A stretch of DNA of 32,000 bases, from positions 5,070,001 to 5,102,000 of the forward strand of contig CP001848.1 of the NCBI GenBank assembly GCA_000025185.1, written 5' to 3'. The position numbers and the translations under genes are program-made. Positions 1-7,915 of this stretch are shown here, piece after piece (position 1 is the first letter of the stretch; each line of letters starts with the position of its first letter). This DNA comes from Pirellula staleyi DSM 6068. GTDB taxonomy: Bacteria > Planctomycetota > Planctomycetia > Pirellulales > Pirellulaceae. Under the pieces are notes generated by a model. The model was not told where the DNA came from. It did no database searches and saw only the letters and a program-made list of their open reading frames with translations.

Positions 1-1247
1 AACTGACAGCCGAATGGGGTGTCGAGTTTACCGATCCCAAGATCAGCGTCGACAAAGTCCGTGCCCGTAAAGACAAAGTGATCTCGAACCTTTCGACCGG
101 TCTCAAAGGACTGGCGAAAAAGCGGAACGTGAAGGTGATCACCGGCAAGGGTGTTTTTGAAAACAGTACGACCATTCGCATCGAAGGGACCGATCCTTCG
201 ATTCCTGAAGACCGGACCGTGACGTTCGACTATTGCATCGTCGCCACCGGCAGCTTCCCCACGATGCCGCCGAACTTCAACATCGGCAGCGACCGGGTGA
301 TGGACTCGACCGGCGCCCTAGCACTCGCCGATATCCCCGAAACGATGCTGGTGATTGGTGGCGGCTATATCGGCCTCGAAATGGGGACGGTCTACGCCAA
401 CCTCGGAACCAAGGTGAGTGTCGTCGAGCTAACCGACGGTCTGCTGATGGGTGCCGATCGCGATCTGGTGAAACCGCTCGCACGTCACCTCGACAAGCTG
501 TTCGGCGGACGGATCTTCCTGAACACGAAAGTTGGCTCGATTGGCCTGCGTGGCGACAAAGTGGAAGTCGCTTTTGAAGGCCCGGCCAAGTACGGGACCG
601 AGCAATACGACCGGGTTCTCGTGTCGGTAGGACGACGCCCCAACAGCCGCGGTTTCGGCCTCGAAAACACGCAGGTGGAAGTGAATCAAAAGGGGTTCAT
701 CGTTTGCGATCGGTCGCAGCGCACCGCCGATCCCCACATCCTGGCGATTGGCGATATTGCAGGCGAGCCGATGCTCGCTCACAAAGCTTCGCACGAAGCC
801 AAAGTGGCGGTGGAAGTGATCCTCGGCAAGAATGTAGTGTTCGATAAGCAAGCGATTCCAGCGGTGGTCTTCACCGATCCCGAAATCGCTTGGGCCGGTC
901 TCACGGAAGATCAAGCCAAGCGCGAAGGTCGCAAGGTCGAGATCGCCATCTATCCTTGGGCCGCTTCGGGACGCGCTCAAGCGATCGGTCGTTTGGAAGG
1001 GCTCACCAAGTGGCTCATCGATCCTGAAACCGAACGGGTTTTGGGCTGCGGTATCGTTGGACCTGGAGCAGGGGAGATGATTTCGGAAGCAGCGCTCGCC
1101 ATCGAAATGGGCTGCGTGGTTCGCGACCTCACCGAGACGATCCACCCGCATCCGACGCTCAGCGAAACGATGATGAACGCTGGCGAAACGTTCTTCGGCA
1201 CCGCCACCGAGATCTACAAACCCAAACGCCACGCCGCCGAAGCATAG
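1..1247 (+). CDS. lpdA: Dihydrolipoyl dehydrogenase (E3), 5'-truncated by the window edge
   Basis: Frame 3 is open to the window edge (LTAEWGVEFTDPKISVDKVRARKDKV... precedes the GVF..IEG region). It has the NAD-binding Rossmann motif VIGGGYIGLEMG, GDIAGEPMLAHKA, and the C-terminal interface motif HPHPTLSE typical of E3 flavoproteins. Stop codon at 1245-1247. Confidence 0.9.
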   Translation, partial: LTAEWGVEFTDPKISVDKVRARKDKVISNLSTGLKGLAKKRNVKVITGKGVFENSTTIRIEGTDPSIPEDRTVTFDYCIVATGSFPTMPPNFNIGSDRVMDSTGALALADIPETMLVIGGGYIGLEMGTVYANLGTKVSVVELTDGLLMGADRDLVKPLARHLDKLFGGRIFLNTKVGSIGLRGDKVEVAFEGPAKYGTEQYDRVLVSVGRRPNSRGFGLENTQVEVNQKGFIVCDRSQRTADPHILAIGDIAGEPMLAHKASHEAKVAVEVILGKNVVFDKQAIPAVVFTDPEIAWAGLTEDQAKREGRKVEIAIYPWAASGRAQAIGRLEGLTKWLIDPETERVLGCGIVGPGAGEMISEAALAIEMGCVVRDLTETIHPHPTLSETMMNAGETFFGTATEIYKPKRHAAEA

Positions 1248-1330
1248 ACGCACTCGCCGACGAAATCGCCACAGCTCGAGCATGGGCTAGTGCTTGGCGC
1301 AGCTCAACAAAGCGAGGACTTTCTAGAGTT

Positions 1331-1368
1331 GCACACTGCTGGACAAGCCAGCTAGTAGCCACCCCGCT
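1331..1368 (+). repeat. REP-like palindromic element, copy A (gcacactgctggacaagccagc...gccaccccg)
   Basis: A 22-nt exact match to copy B (gcacactgctggacaagccagc) is followed by a related tail with a small indel. The core ctgctgg-acaag-ccagc is an inverted repeat. The copy is intergenic. Confidence 0.6.
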
Positions 1369-1697
1369 TTGCCTGGCATTGATTGCTAGACAGACCTGTA
1401 GGTCAGGTCCCCTCTCAGGGACCTGACGGGAGAGGAGTTCGCCAGCCGAGAGACCGTTGTGGTTTCGAGGCCCCGCGATCCGGGTCAGCGGATGCAATCA
1501 CACCGCATGAGAATAGTGCGGCGTCGTACTAAAATCGCCAAGCGGTTTGCCCTGCAGCATGCTTCTGCTGATTCATGCTGCTTGTTCGGTGAATCCGGAC
1601 CTACTTTCTGCAGCATGCTCCTGCTGCTAACGCGACAGGAGCATGGCACCCAGATCAAACATAGAGTCCCTGTGTACTTCTCACTGGACAGAGCCCA

Positions 1698-1735
1698 GTG
1701 GCACACTGCTGGACAAGCCAGCAGTGCCACCCCGG
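1698..1735 (+). repeat. REP-like palindromic element, copy B (best hairpin)
   Basis: cactgctgg (1704-1712), acaag loop, ccagcagtg (1718-1726) form a perfect 9-bp stem. The stem extends to gtggcacactgctgg/ccagcagtgccac with a 2-nt bulge. The copy is intergenic. Confidence 0.6.
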
Positions 1736-2392
1736 CGCAGCTCAGCCAAGCTAGGGCCTTGCCTCGAAGTTCTTGTCCGGTGGAACCGGACCTACCCACG
1801 AGATTGGTTGCTAGATGAACTACGAATGCTGGCATTGGCTCAGTTCCCGGGGATCGAGGAACTGGTGCCGATTGCAGGCTTACTTGCGGCAGTCGATGCG
1901 CCCGTAGTGAGCGATTCTGTGGCAACGCATCACTGGCTGCTGATCTCTGACACTAAACCCCTGGCATTCTTTCGCTTGGGGGTTTACAACAACGTGGCAA
2001 AAGAGGGAGCTATCAGACCTTTACGCAAGGCTTGCCACTGGGAACAATAGGGCTAGGGTTGCGGTGCACGACGGTTCTCGGGAAACGCGAAACTAGAGCA
2101 TCTGGGAAACCGGGGAGGGGCGACAGGAATGCCCTTCCGCGATTTCGGAGACTCCTGTAGATCGCCAGCCCAAGAACACCTTGCTCCACAGCCGATGTTT
2201 CTAGCTTCTGGGCTTGTTTTGCATGCCAGCCGCTCTGCGGTTGCCATCATCCCGCCTCGATAGCGCCCCCCGCTAGTTTGCAACTCACGAGTATGTCCAC
2301 GTTCCGCCGGTTCACGATGAATCAGCCGACCTGGATACATTCCTCACAAGTCCAATCGTTACCGCGGTTCGCCGCTCCACAAAGGCTTGTCG

Positions 2393-5110
2393 ATGTCAGA
2401 CGCCAAAACGATTCCCAGCTCCGATACCACTCCCACGAACTATCTGGCGCCGATCCAGGATACGGACCCGGCTGAAACGCAAGAGTGGCTCGACTCGCTG
2501 GAATATGTTTTGAAGGGCAAAGGCCCTGATCGTGCCAAGTTCTTGCTCTCGATGCTCGAAGAACGGGCTCGACGCGAAGGGGTGGAAACTCCCGCGCCGC
2601 TGAACACGCCGTACATCAACACCATTCGCCGCCAATCGCAGCCGCGCTATCCCGGCAATCGCGAAATCGAGCGCCGCATCAAGAGCATCATCCGCTGGAA
2701 CGCGATGGCGATGGTCCATCGCGCCAACAAGATGCACGACGGCGTGGGTGGTCACATCAGCACTTTCGCTTCGAGCGCCACGCTGTATGAAGTTGGTTTC
2801 AACCACTTCTTCAAAGGTCGTGGCGAAGATGGCTACAGCGGCGACTTGATCTACTTCCAAGGCCACGCCTCCCCCGGCATGTATTCGCGGGCGTTCCTCG
2901 AGGGACGTCTCGCCGAACAGAACGTGGTGAACTTCCGCCGCGAACTGCAACCTGAATTTGGCCTCTCGAGCTATCCTCACCCATGGCTGATGCCTTGGTT
3001 CTGGGAATATCCGACGGTATCGATGGGCCTCGGCCCGATCATGGCCCTCTACCAGGCTCGCTTCAACAAATACCTGCAAGACCGGGGTCTCAAGACGACC
3101 GAAGGGCGCCGCGTCTGGGCGTTCCTGGGTGACGGCGAATGCGACGAGCCCGAGTCGCTCGGCGCGATTACCCTTGCAGGGCGCGAAAAGCTCGACAACC
3201 TCTGCTTCGTGATCAACTGCAACTTGCAGCGTCTCGATGGTCCGGTGCGTGGCAACGGCAAGATCATTCAGGAACTCGAAGCCCTCTTCCGTGGTGCCGG
3301 CTGGAACGTCATCAAGGTGATCTGGGGAGACGACTGGGATCAGCTGCTCGAGAAAGATCAAACTGGTCTGCTCGCCAAGCGGATGGAAGAAGTGGTCGAC
3401 GGTCAGTTCCAGAAATACACCGTCATGCCTGGCTCGTACATTCGCGAGCACTTCTTCGGCAAATATCCTGAGCTCCTCAAGCTCGTCGAGAACTACTCCG
3501 ACGAACGACTCGAGAAACTTCGCCGTGGTGGCCACGATCCAGAGAAGGTTTACACCGCCTACAAAGCTGCCTGCGACCACAAGGGTCAGCCGACGGTGAT
3601 CCTCGCCAAAACGATCAAGGGTTATGGCCTGGGTGAAGCGGGCGAAGGTCGCAACATCGCGCACAACAACAAGAAGCTCAACGAAGCCGAACTCCTGGAG
3701 TTCCGGACGCGCTTTGGGATTCCGATTTCCGACGAAGAAGTGGCGAAAGCACCGTTCTATCGTCCACCAGAAGATTCGGCCGAGATGCGCTACCTGCGCG
3801 AACGCCGCGCCGGACTGGGTGGCCCAGTTCCCAGCCGTCCGACGACCCACCCGACGCTCGAAACCCCGAAGCTCGAGGACTACAAAGAGTTCCTCGGTGG
3901 CAGCAAGGGAAAAGAGATGTCGACCACGATGGGCTTCGTCCGCCTGCTGCAGAAACTCTGCCGCGACAAGAAGGTGGGCAAGTACGTGGTGCCGATCGTC
4001 CCCGACGAATCGCGCACGTTTGGTATGGAAGGTATGTTCGGCGAGATCGGCATCTACTCGCACGTCGGCCAGCTCTACGAGCCTGTCGATTCGCACATCA
4101 TCGCCAAGTACAAAGAAGCCACGAACGGTCAGATCCTCGAAGAAGGAATCACCGAAGCGGGCTCGATGTCGAGCTTCTGCGCGGCAGGCACGGCGTACTC
4201 CGCTCACGGCCTGAACATGATTCCGTTCTTCGTCTATTACTCGATGTTCGGCTTCCAGCGCATCGGCGACCTTGTCTGGGCCGCTGCTGACATGCGTGCC
4301 AAGGGCTTCATGATCGGCGGCACCGCTGGTCGCACGACGCTCAACGGCGAAGGTCTGCAGCATCAAGATGGTCACAGCCTCTTGAACGCCATCGCGTTCC
4401 CCACCGTGCGGGCCTACGACCCAGCCTTTGCCTATGAAATGGCAGTGCTGATTCTCGATGGCATGAAGCGGCTGTACGAAGATGGCGAAACGGCCATCTA
4501 CTACCTGATGGCAGGCAACGAAAACTACCTGCATCCCGAAATGCCTGCCGGTGTCGAAGATGGCATCGTGAAGGGGATGTACAAGCTGAACTCGCACGAC
4601 GCCGAGAACCAAATCGAAAAGGTGAACCTCTTCGGCAGCGGCGCGATCCTCAACAGCGTGCTCGAAGCGCAGAAGATCCTCAGCGAAAAGTATCGCATCG
4701 GCAGCAACGTCTGGAGCGTCACCAGCTACACCCAGCTGCGCCGCGATGCTCACAGCTGCGAGCGCTGGAACATGCTCCACCCAGCTCTGCCGCCGAAGAA
4801 GTGCTACGTCGAAGAGCTGCTCGCAGGCGAGAAGGGGCTGTTCGTGGCCGCTTCCGACTACGTCCGTGCTCTGCCCGAGCAAATCACCCGCTGGGTTCCA
4901 GGCGAACTGTATGTCCTGGGAACCGACGGCATGGGACGTAGCGAAACGCGTGAAGCGCTCCGGCGTCACTTCGAAGTCGATGCCCAGTGCATCGTAGCTG
5001 CCACCCTCTATCGCTTGTCGCGTCACGGCAAGATCGATCCGAAGGTGGCCGAGCAAGCGATCGTCGATCTCGGTATCGACACCAACAAGACTGATCCCTA
5101 CTTCGCTTAG
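2393..5110 (+). CDS. aceE: Pyruvate dehydrogenase E1 component, homodimeric AceE type
   Basis: A ~905-aa ORF of the size and architecture of single-chain E1. It carries the ThDP-binding region FLGDGECDEPESLGA...NCNLQRLDGPVRGN and the N-terminal DPAETQEWLDSL motif typical of AceE. I took the ATG at 2393; an in-frame TTG at 2387 is an alternative start. Confidence 0.93.
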   Translation: MSDAKTIPSSDTTPTNYLAPIQDTDPAETQEWLDSLEYVLKGKGPDRAKFLLSMLEERARREGVETPAPLNTPYINTIRRQSQPRYPGNREIERRIKSIIRWNAMAMVHRANKMHDGVGGHISTFASSATLYEVGFNHFFKGRGEDGYSGDLIYFQGHASPGMYSRAFLEGRLAEQNVVNFRRELQPEFGLSSYPHPWLMPWFWEYPTVSMGLGPIMALYQARFNKYLQDRGLKTTEGRRVWAFLGDGECDEPESLGAITLAGREKLDNLCFVINCNLQRLDGPVRGNGKIIQELEALFRGAGWNVIKVIWGDDWDQLLEKDQTGLLAKRMEEVVDGQFQKYTVMPGSYIREHFFGKYPELLKLVENYSDERLEKLRRGGHDPEKVYTAYKAACDHKGQPTVILAKTIKGYGLGEAGEGRNIAHNNKKLNEAELLEFRTRFGIPISDEEVAKAPFYRPPEDSAEMRYLRERRAGLGGPVPSRPTTHPTLETPKLEDYKEFLGGSKGKEMSTTMGFVRLLQKLCRDKKVGKYVVPIVPDESRTFGMEGMFGEIGIYSHVGQLYEPVDSHIIAKYKEATNGQILEEGITEAGSMSSFCAAGTAYSAHGLNMIPFFVYYSMFGFQRIGDLVWAAADMRAKGFMIGGTAGRTTLNGEGLQHQDGHSLLNAIAFPTVRAYDPAFAYEMAVLILDGMKRLYEDGETAIYYLMAGNENYLHPEMPAGVEDGIVKGMYKLNSHDAENQIEKVNLFGSGAILNSVLEAQKILSEKYRIGSNVWSVTSYTQLRRDAHSCERWNMLHPALPPKKCYVEELLAGEKGLFVAASDYVRALPEQITRWVPGELYVLGTDGMGRSETREALRRHFEVDAQCIVAATLYRLSRHGKIDPKVAEQAIVDLGIDTNKTDPYFA

Positions 5111-5184
5111 TGCGACTCTCCACAGCCGCACAGCGAATCGTTATCCAAGCCAACACGACCGACTACTGCTGGGACAATTGACCG

Positions 5185-6594
5185 ATGGCCATTGAAGTAA
5201 AACTGCCGAACCTGGGCGACGGTGTGGACGACGGCGATGTGCTGGAAGTCCTCGTGAAAGAGGGTGACACCATCGCCAAGGATCAAGGGATCCTCGAAAT
5301 CGAGACCGGCAAGGCGACCATGCAGGTCCCGAGCTCGGCCGCTGGCAAGGTGATCAAGGTCCACGTCGCAGCCGGCCAAAAAGTGTCGGTCGGCACGCTC
5401 GTTCTCACGCTCGAAGGTGCGGGCGCTCCAGCCGCTGCTCCTGCAGCAGCACCAGCCGCCCCCGCAGCAGCTCCGCCTCCTAAACCGGCTCCCGTCGCGG
5501 AAGCTCCGAAGCCAGCCGCCGCGCCAGCTCCAGCTCCTCCCAAGGTGGCTCCGGCACCAGTTCAGCCGCTCCGTCCTGCCGCTCCCGCCCCAGTGCCCGT
5601 AGCTGCGGAACCTGCCCTCGAAGCTGCTGTCGTCACTGAAAACCTCACCGAAGCCGAAGTTGCTGCCGGCCCTGCCGTTCGCCGCTTTGCTCGCGAAGTG
5701 GGTGTCGACCTCGCTCGCGTCACCGGAACTGGCCCCGGCGGACGCATCACCCGCGACGATGTCCTCGCGGTCGTTCGTCAAGCTGCCCAAGCTGCCACTT
5801 CCCCCGCCAAACCAGCCGCTGCTTCGACCTCGGCACCAGCTGCCGCTGCACCCGCCGCGCCTGCGGCTGCTCCAGCCGACCGCGACAACTGGGGCCCGAT
5901 CCGCGTCGAGAAGATGACGAAGATCCGCAAAACCATTGCGGCCAAGATGCACGAATCGTGGAGCAGCGTTCCTCGCGTCACCAACTTCGACGACGCCGAC
6001 ATCACCGAACTCGAGCGGATTCGCCAATCGAGCAAAGACGACTACGCTCGCAAGGGGATCAAGCTCACCTCGATGCCGTTTGTGATCAAAGCGGTCGCGA
6101 TGGCCCTGAAACAGCACCCTGCGATCAACGCCGCTATCGATCCTTCGGGCGAGTCGATCATCTACAAGCAGTACGTCAACATCGGCATCGCAGTCGACAC
6201 CGAGCGTGGTCTGGTCGTTCCTAGCCTCCGTGGCATGGACGCGCTCAGCATCCCCGAAATTGCCCGCTCGCTCGCCACCCTGGCCGACAACGTGCGCGAC
6301 AACAACTTCTCGATGGCCGACCTGCAAGGGAGCACGTTCACCATCAGCAACCTCGGCGCAGTCGGCGGCACCTACAGCACGCCGATCGTCAACACTCCTG
6401 AAGTTGCAATCTTGCTGCTCGGCCGCTCGCGCAAGAAGCCGGTCGTCATCGACGACGAAATTCAGATCCGCATGATGATGCCGCTGAGCCTTTCGTACGA
6501 TCATCGCCTCGTCGACGGCGCTACCGCCGCCCGCTTCCTGAACGACGTGATGGGCTACCTTAAAACCCCCAGCCGACTCCTCCTCGCCCCGTGA
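5185..6594 (+). CDS. aceF: Dihydrolipoamide acetyltransferase (E2) of the pyruvate dehydrogenase complex
   Basis: It has a single N-terminal lipoyl domain (EIETGKATMQVPS lipoyl-lysine motif) and long Ala/Pro linkers. It also has an E3-binding domain (AGPAVRRFAREVGVDLARVTGTGPGGRITRDDV) and a catalytic domain with SYDHRLVDGA. Confidence 0.93.
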   Translation: MAIEVKLPNLGDGVDDGDVLEVLVKEGDTIAKDQGILEIETGKATMQVPSSAAGKVIKVHVAAGQKVSVGTLVLTLEGAGAPAAAPAAAPAAPAAAPPPKPAPVAEAPKPAAAPAPAPPKVAPAPVQPLRPAAPAPVPVAAEPALEAAVVTENLTEAEVAAGPAVRRFAREVGVDLARVTGTGPGGRITRDDVLAVVRQAAQAATSPAKPAAASTSAPAAAAPAAPAAAPADRDNWGPIRVEKMTKIRKTIAAKMHESWSSVPRVTNFDDADITELERIRQSSKDDYARKGIKLTSMPFVIKAVAMALKQHPAINAAIDPSGESIIYKQYVNIGIAVDTERGLVVPSLRGMDALSIPEIARSLATLADNVRDNNFSMADLQGSTFTISNLGAVGGTYSTPIVNTPEVAILLLGRSRKKPVVIDDEIQIRMMMPLSLSYDHRLVDGATAARFLNDVMGYLKTPSRLLLAP

Positions 6595-6633
6595 TCTTCA
6601 CTGGCGATTGCGCTGCCAATAATTAAGCTACAC

Positions 6634-6669
6634 CTTAAGGCCGGACAACCTCCGGCCTTAAGCATTTCT
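6634..6669 (+). terminator. Intrinsic terminator after aceF
   Basis: A perfect 12-bp stem cttaaggccgga (6634-6645) / tccggccttaag (6651-6662) with loop caacc, followed by catttctt. It lies 40 nt after the aceF stop. Confidence 0.7.
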
Positions 6670-6812
6670 TGATAGTTGATCGCGACATCGTGGTGCACCC
6701 GAGCCGAGCAAAACTTGCGTCCCACCCTTTAGCAGATAAACTCACGATGCTTGACCGGCGGAGCTAAACCGCTCTGCTATGGATTTACTCGCAGGATAAC
6801 GAGCGACTGCTG

Positions 6813-7832
6813 ATGACCACCTTTGTTTTGATAGCAACGCTCGTACTGCTGCTGCTCCTATCGATTGCACTGCGGACATTCTTTCTTCGTGTGGGTTTGC
6901 GCTGGGCTATTGGGTCGAGCGGTTTGATTCGGCCTGTCGTGCTAACGTCGGTCGCTATTCATTTCCTGGAAATCGCAAGTTACCTCTTCGTGGTGCGGGT
7001 GGTTGCTGTGATTCCAGGGCTGGTGCTGGTTGCTGGACTCGCGCAGCTCGCGTTGCTCGTCGCGGTTTCGCTGCTTGGTATTGGCATCGCCTTTCGACTT
7101 ACGATGCTGGGGACCCTCAAAGCCTGGCTCCCTACCCTTATTGCCAATCTCTTGATGGGCTTGATCACGGTCTTGTTGATCAAGCCACTGATGCTCGATG
7201 CCTATATCATCAGCAGCAACTCGATGGCTCCTACGCTGCTGGGTCGTCATCTGCGCGGCACTTGTCCCGAGTGTGGAGCAGCATCACATTGCTCGCCCAA
7301 CAGGTATGAGGAATCCTTGGACGATTCGCCCCCCAATGCTATTTGCGAGCATTTTCACATCCAGCCGCTCGCGGGGAGCGACTCGGTCATTCAGTCAGCG
7401 GACCGTGTGATTGCTGCCAGCTATTTGGCGCCTCGCCGCTGGGATTTGATTGTCTATCGATCGCCGGCGAATCCTGCGCAGCAATACACGATGCGACTCG
7501 TGGGGCTCCCTGGCGAGACCGTGATGATCCAAGAGGGCGAGCTCTTCATCAATGGTCAAAAGTGTGAGAAACCAGCATCGCTGAGCGACTTAAAACTCAG
7601 TGCCGAGGTCCCTGACTATCCCGGCCCGATCAGTGGCAGTGCCGAAAATCCTGCTCTCTTAAAAGAGGATGAGTATTTTGTGGTGGGGGACTTTCACATC
7701 ATCTCCTACGACTCGCGAATGTGGGAAACAGGTGCTGCGGGGCATCCTTCGTACGCCGTGCCGCGATCGTACATCACCGGCGTTGTCACGCACACTTACT
7801 GGCCCCTTCGCCGCGCGAAAATTCATCGCTAG
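6813..7832 (+). CDS. Signal peptidase I (S26) homologue with a polytopic N-terminal extension, a Cys/His insertion and a non-canonical box D
   Basis: Box B is SSNSMAPTL (Ser codon 7221-7223), box C is RWDLIVYRSP, box D is YTMRLVGLPGETV and box E is GDFHIISYDSRMW. About 130 N-terminal residues form several hydrophobic helices. The insertion CPECG...HCSP...CEHFH follows box B. Confidence 0.8.
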   Translation: MTTFVLIATLVLLLLLSIALRTFFLRVGLRWAIGSSGLIRPVVLTSVAIHFLEIASYLFVVRVVAVIPGLVLVAGLAQLALLVAVSLLGIGIAFRLTMLGTLKAWLPTLIANLLMGLITVLLIKPLMLDAYIISSNSMAPTLLGRHLRGTCPECGAASHCSPNRYEESLDDSPPNAICEHFHIQPLAGSDSVIQSADRVIAASYLAPRRWDLIVYRSPANPAQQYTMRLVGLPGETVMIQEGELFINGQKCEKPASLSDLKLSAEVPDYPGPISGSAENPALLKEDEYFVVGDFHIISYDSRMWETGAAGHPSYAVPRSYITGVVTHTYWPLRRAKIHR

Positions 7833-7915
7833 TGCACCTTTCTATTGCACCGCTGAGCAGCATCGCGCCACAATCGATTGCAGAGGTCTTTCGCGCGCAA
7901 TCACGGGAACCGCCG

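Noticed and set aside
1399-1436. aggtcaggtcc resembling the SRP (4.5S) RNA domain IV sequence
   Set aside because: It is a simple perfect hairpin. It lacks the GGAA/GNAR loop and the conserved asymmetric-loop nucleotides of SRP RNA, so there is no supporting SRP architecture.
1459-2050. ORFs of 112-146 aa inside the lpdA-aceE spacer (1459-1818+, 1485-1925-, 1643-2050+), including a possible 74-aa product from the ATG at 1826
   Set aside because: They overlap each other on both strands and are Arg/Ser/Cys-rich. They run straight through the perfect hairpins and repeats, lack ribosome-binding sites, and use rare-looking codons (TTA, AGA, TCT). I treat the region as non-coding, although the 1826-2050 segment cannot be fully excluded.
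2396-5131. A 911-aa ORF on the minus strand spanning all of aceE
   Set aside because: It is an exact mirror of a confidently identified gene. Its translation is low-complexity (Arg/Ala/Val/Gly-rich) with no motifs. Such stop-free antisense frames are the expected by-product of high GC3 codon usage. The same applies to 429-1283(-) opposite lpdA, 5107-6504(-) opposite aceF, 13231-14346(+) opposite glgC, 14581-15270(+) opposite the methyltransferase, 15717-16307(-) and 16584-17210(-) opposite murE, 17588-18265(-) opposite the murF-like gene, 23610-24176(-) opposite htrA, 25233-25700(-) opposite tsaE, 26063-26746(+) opposite the HExxH gene, and 29108-30034(-) opposite manC.
5400-5880. Repetitive GCn-rich DNA (gcagc/gccgc runs) that looks like a tandem repeat
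   Set aside because: It encodes the Ala/Pro-rich flexible linkers between the lipoyl, E3-binding and catalytic domains of E2, a well-known feature of 2-oxoacid dehydrogenase acyltransferases. It is not an independent DNA repeat.
7721-7915. 5' extensions of track ORFs (7721, 9649, 11632(-), 12912(-), 18407, 22665, 27071, 29916, 31079)
   Set aside because: The extensions overlap upstream genes or structured intergenic DNA and have atypical composition. In most cases an internal ATG with a recognisable Shine-Dalgarno sequence, or the onset of the homologous domain or signal peptide, gives a better start. Coordinates were trimmed accordingly.
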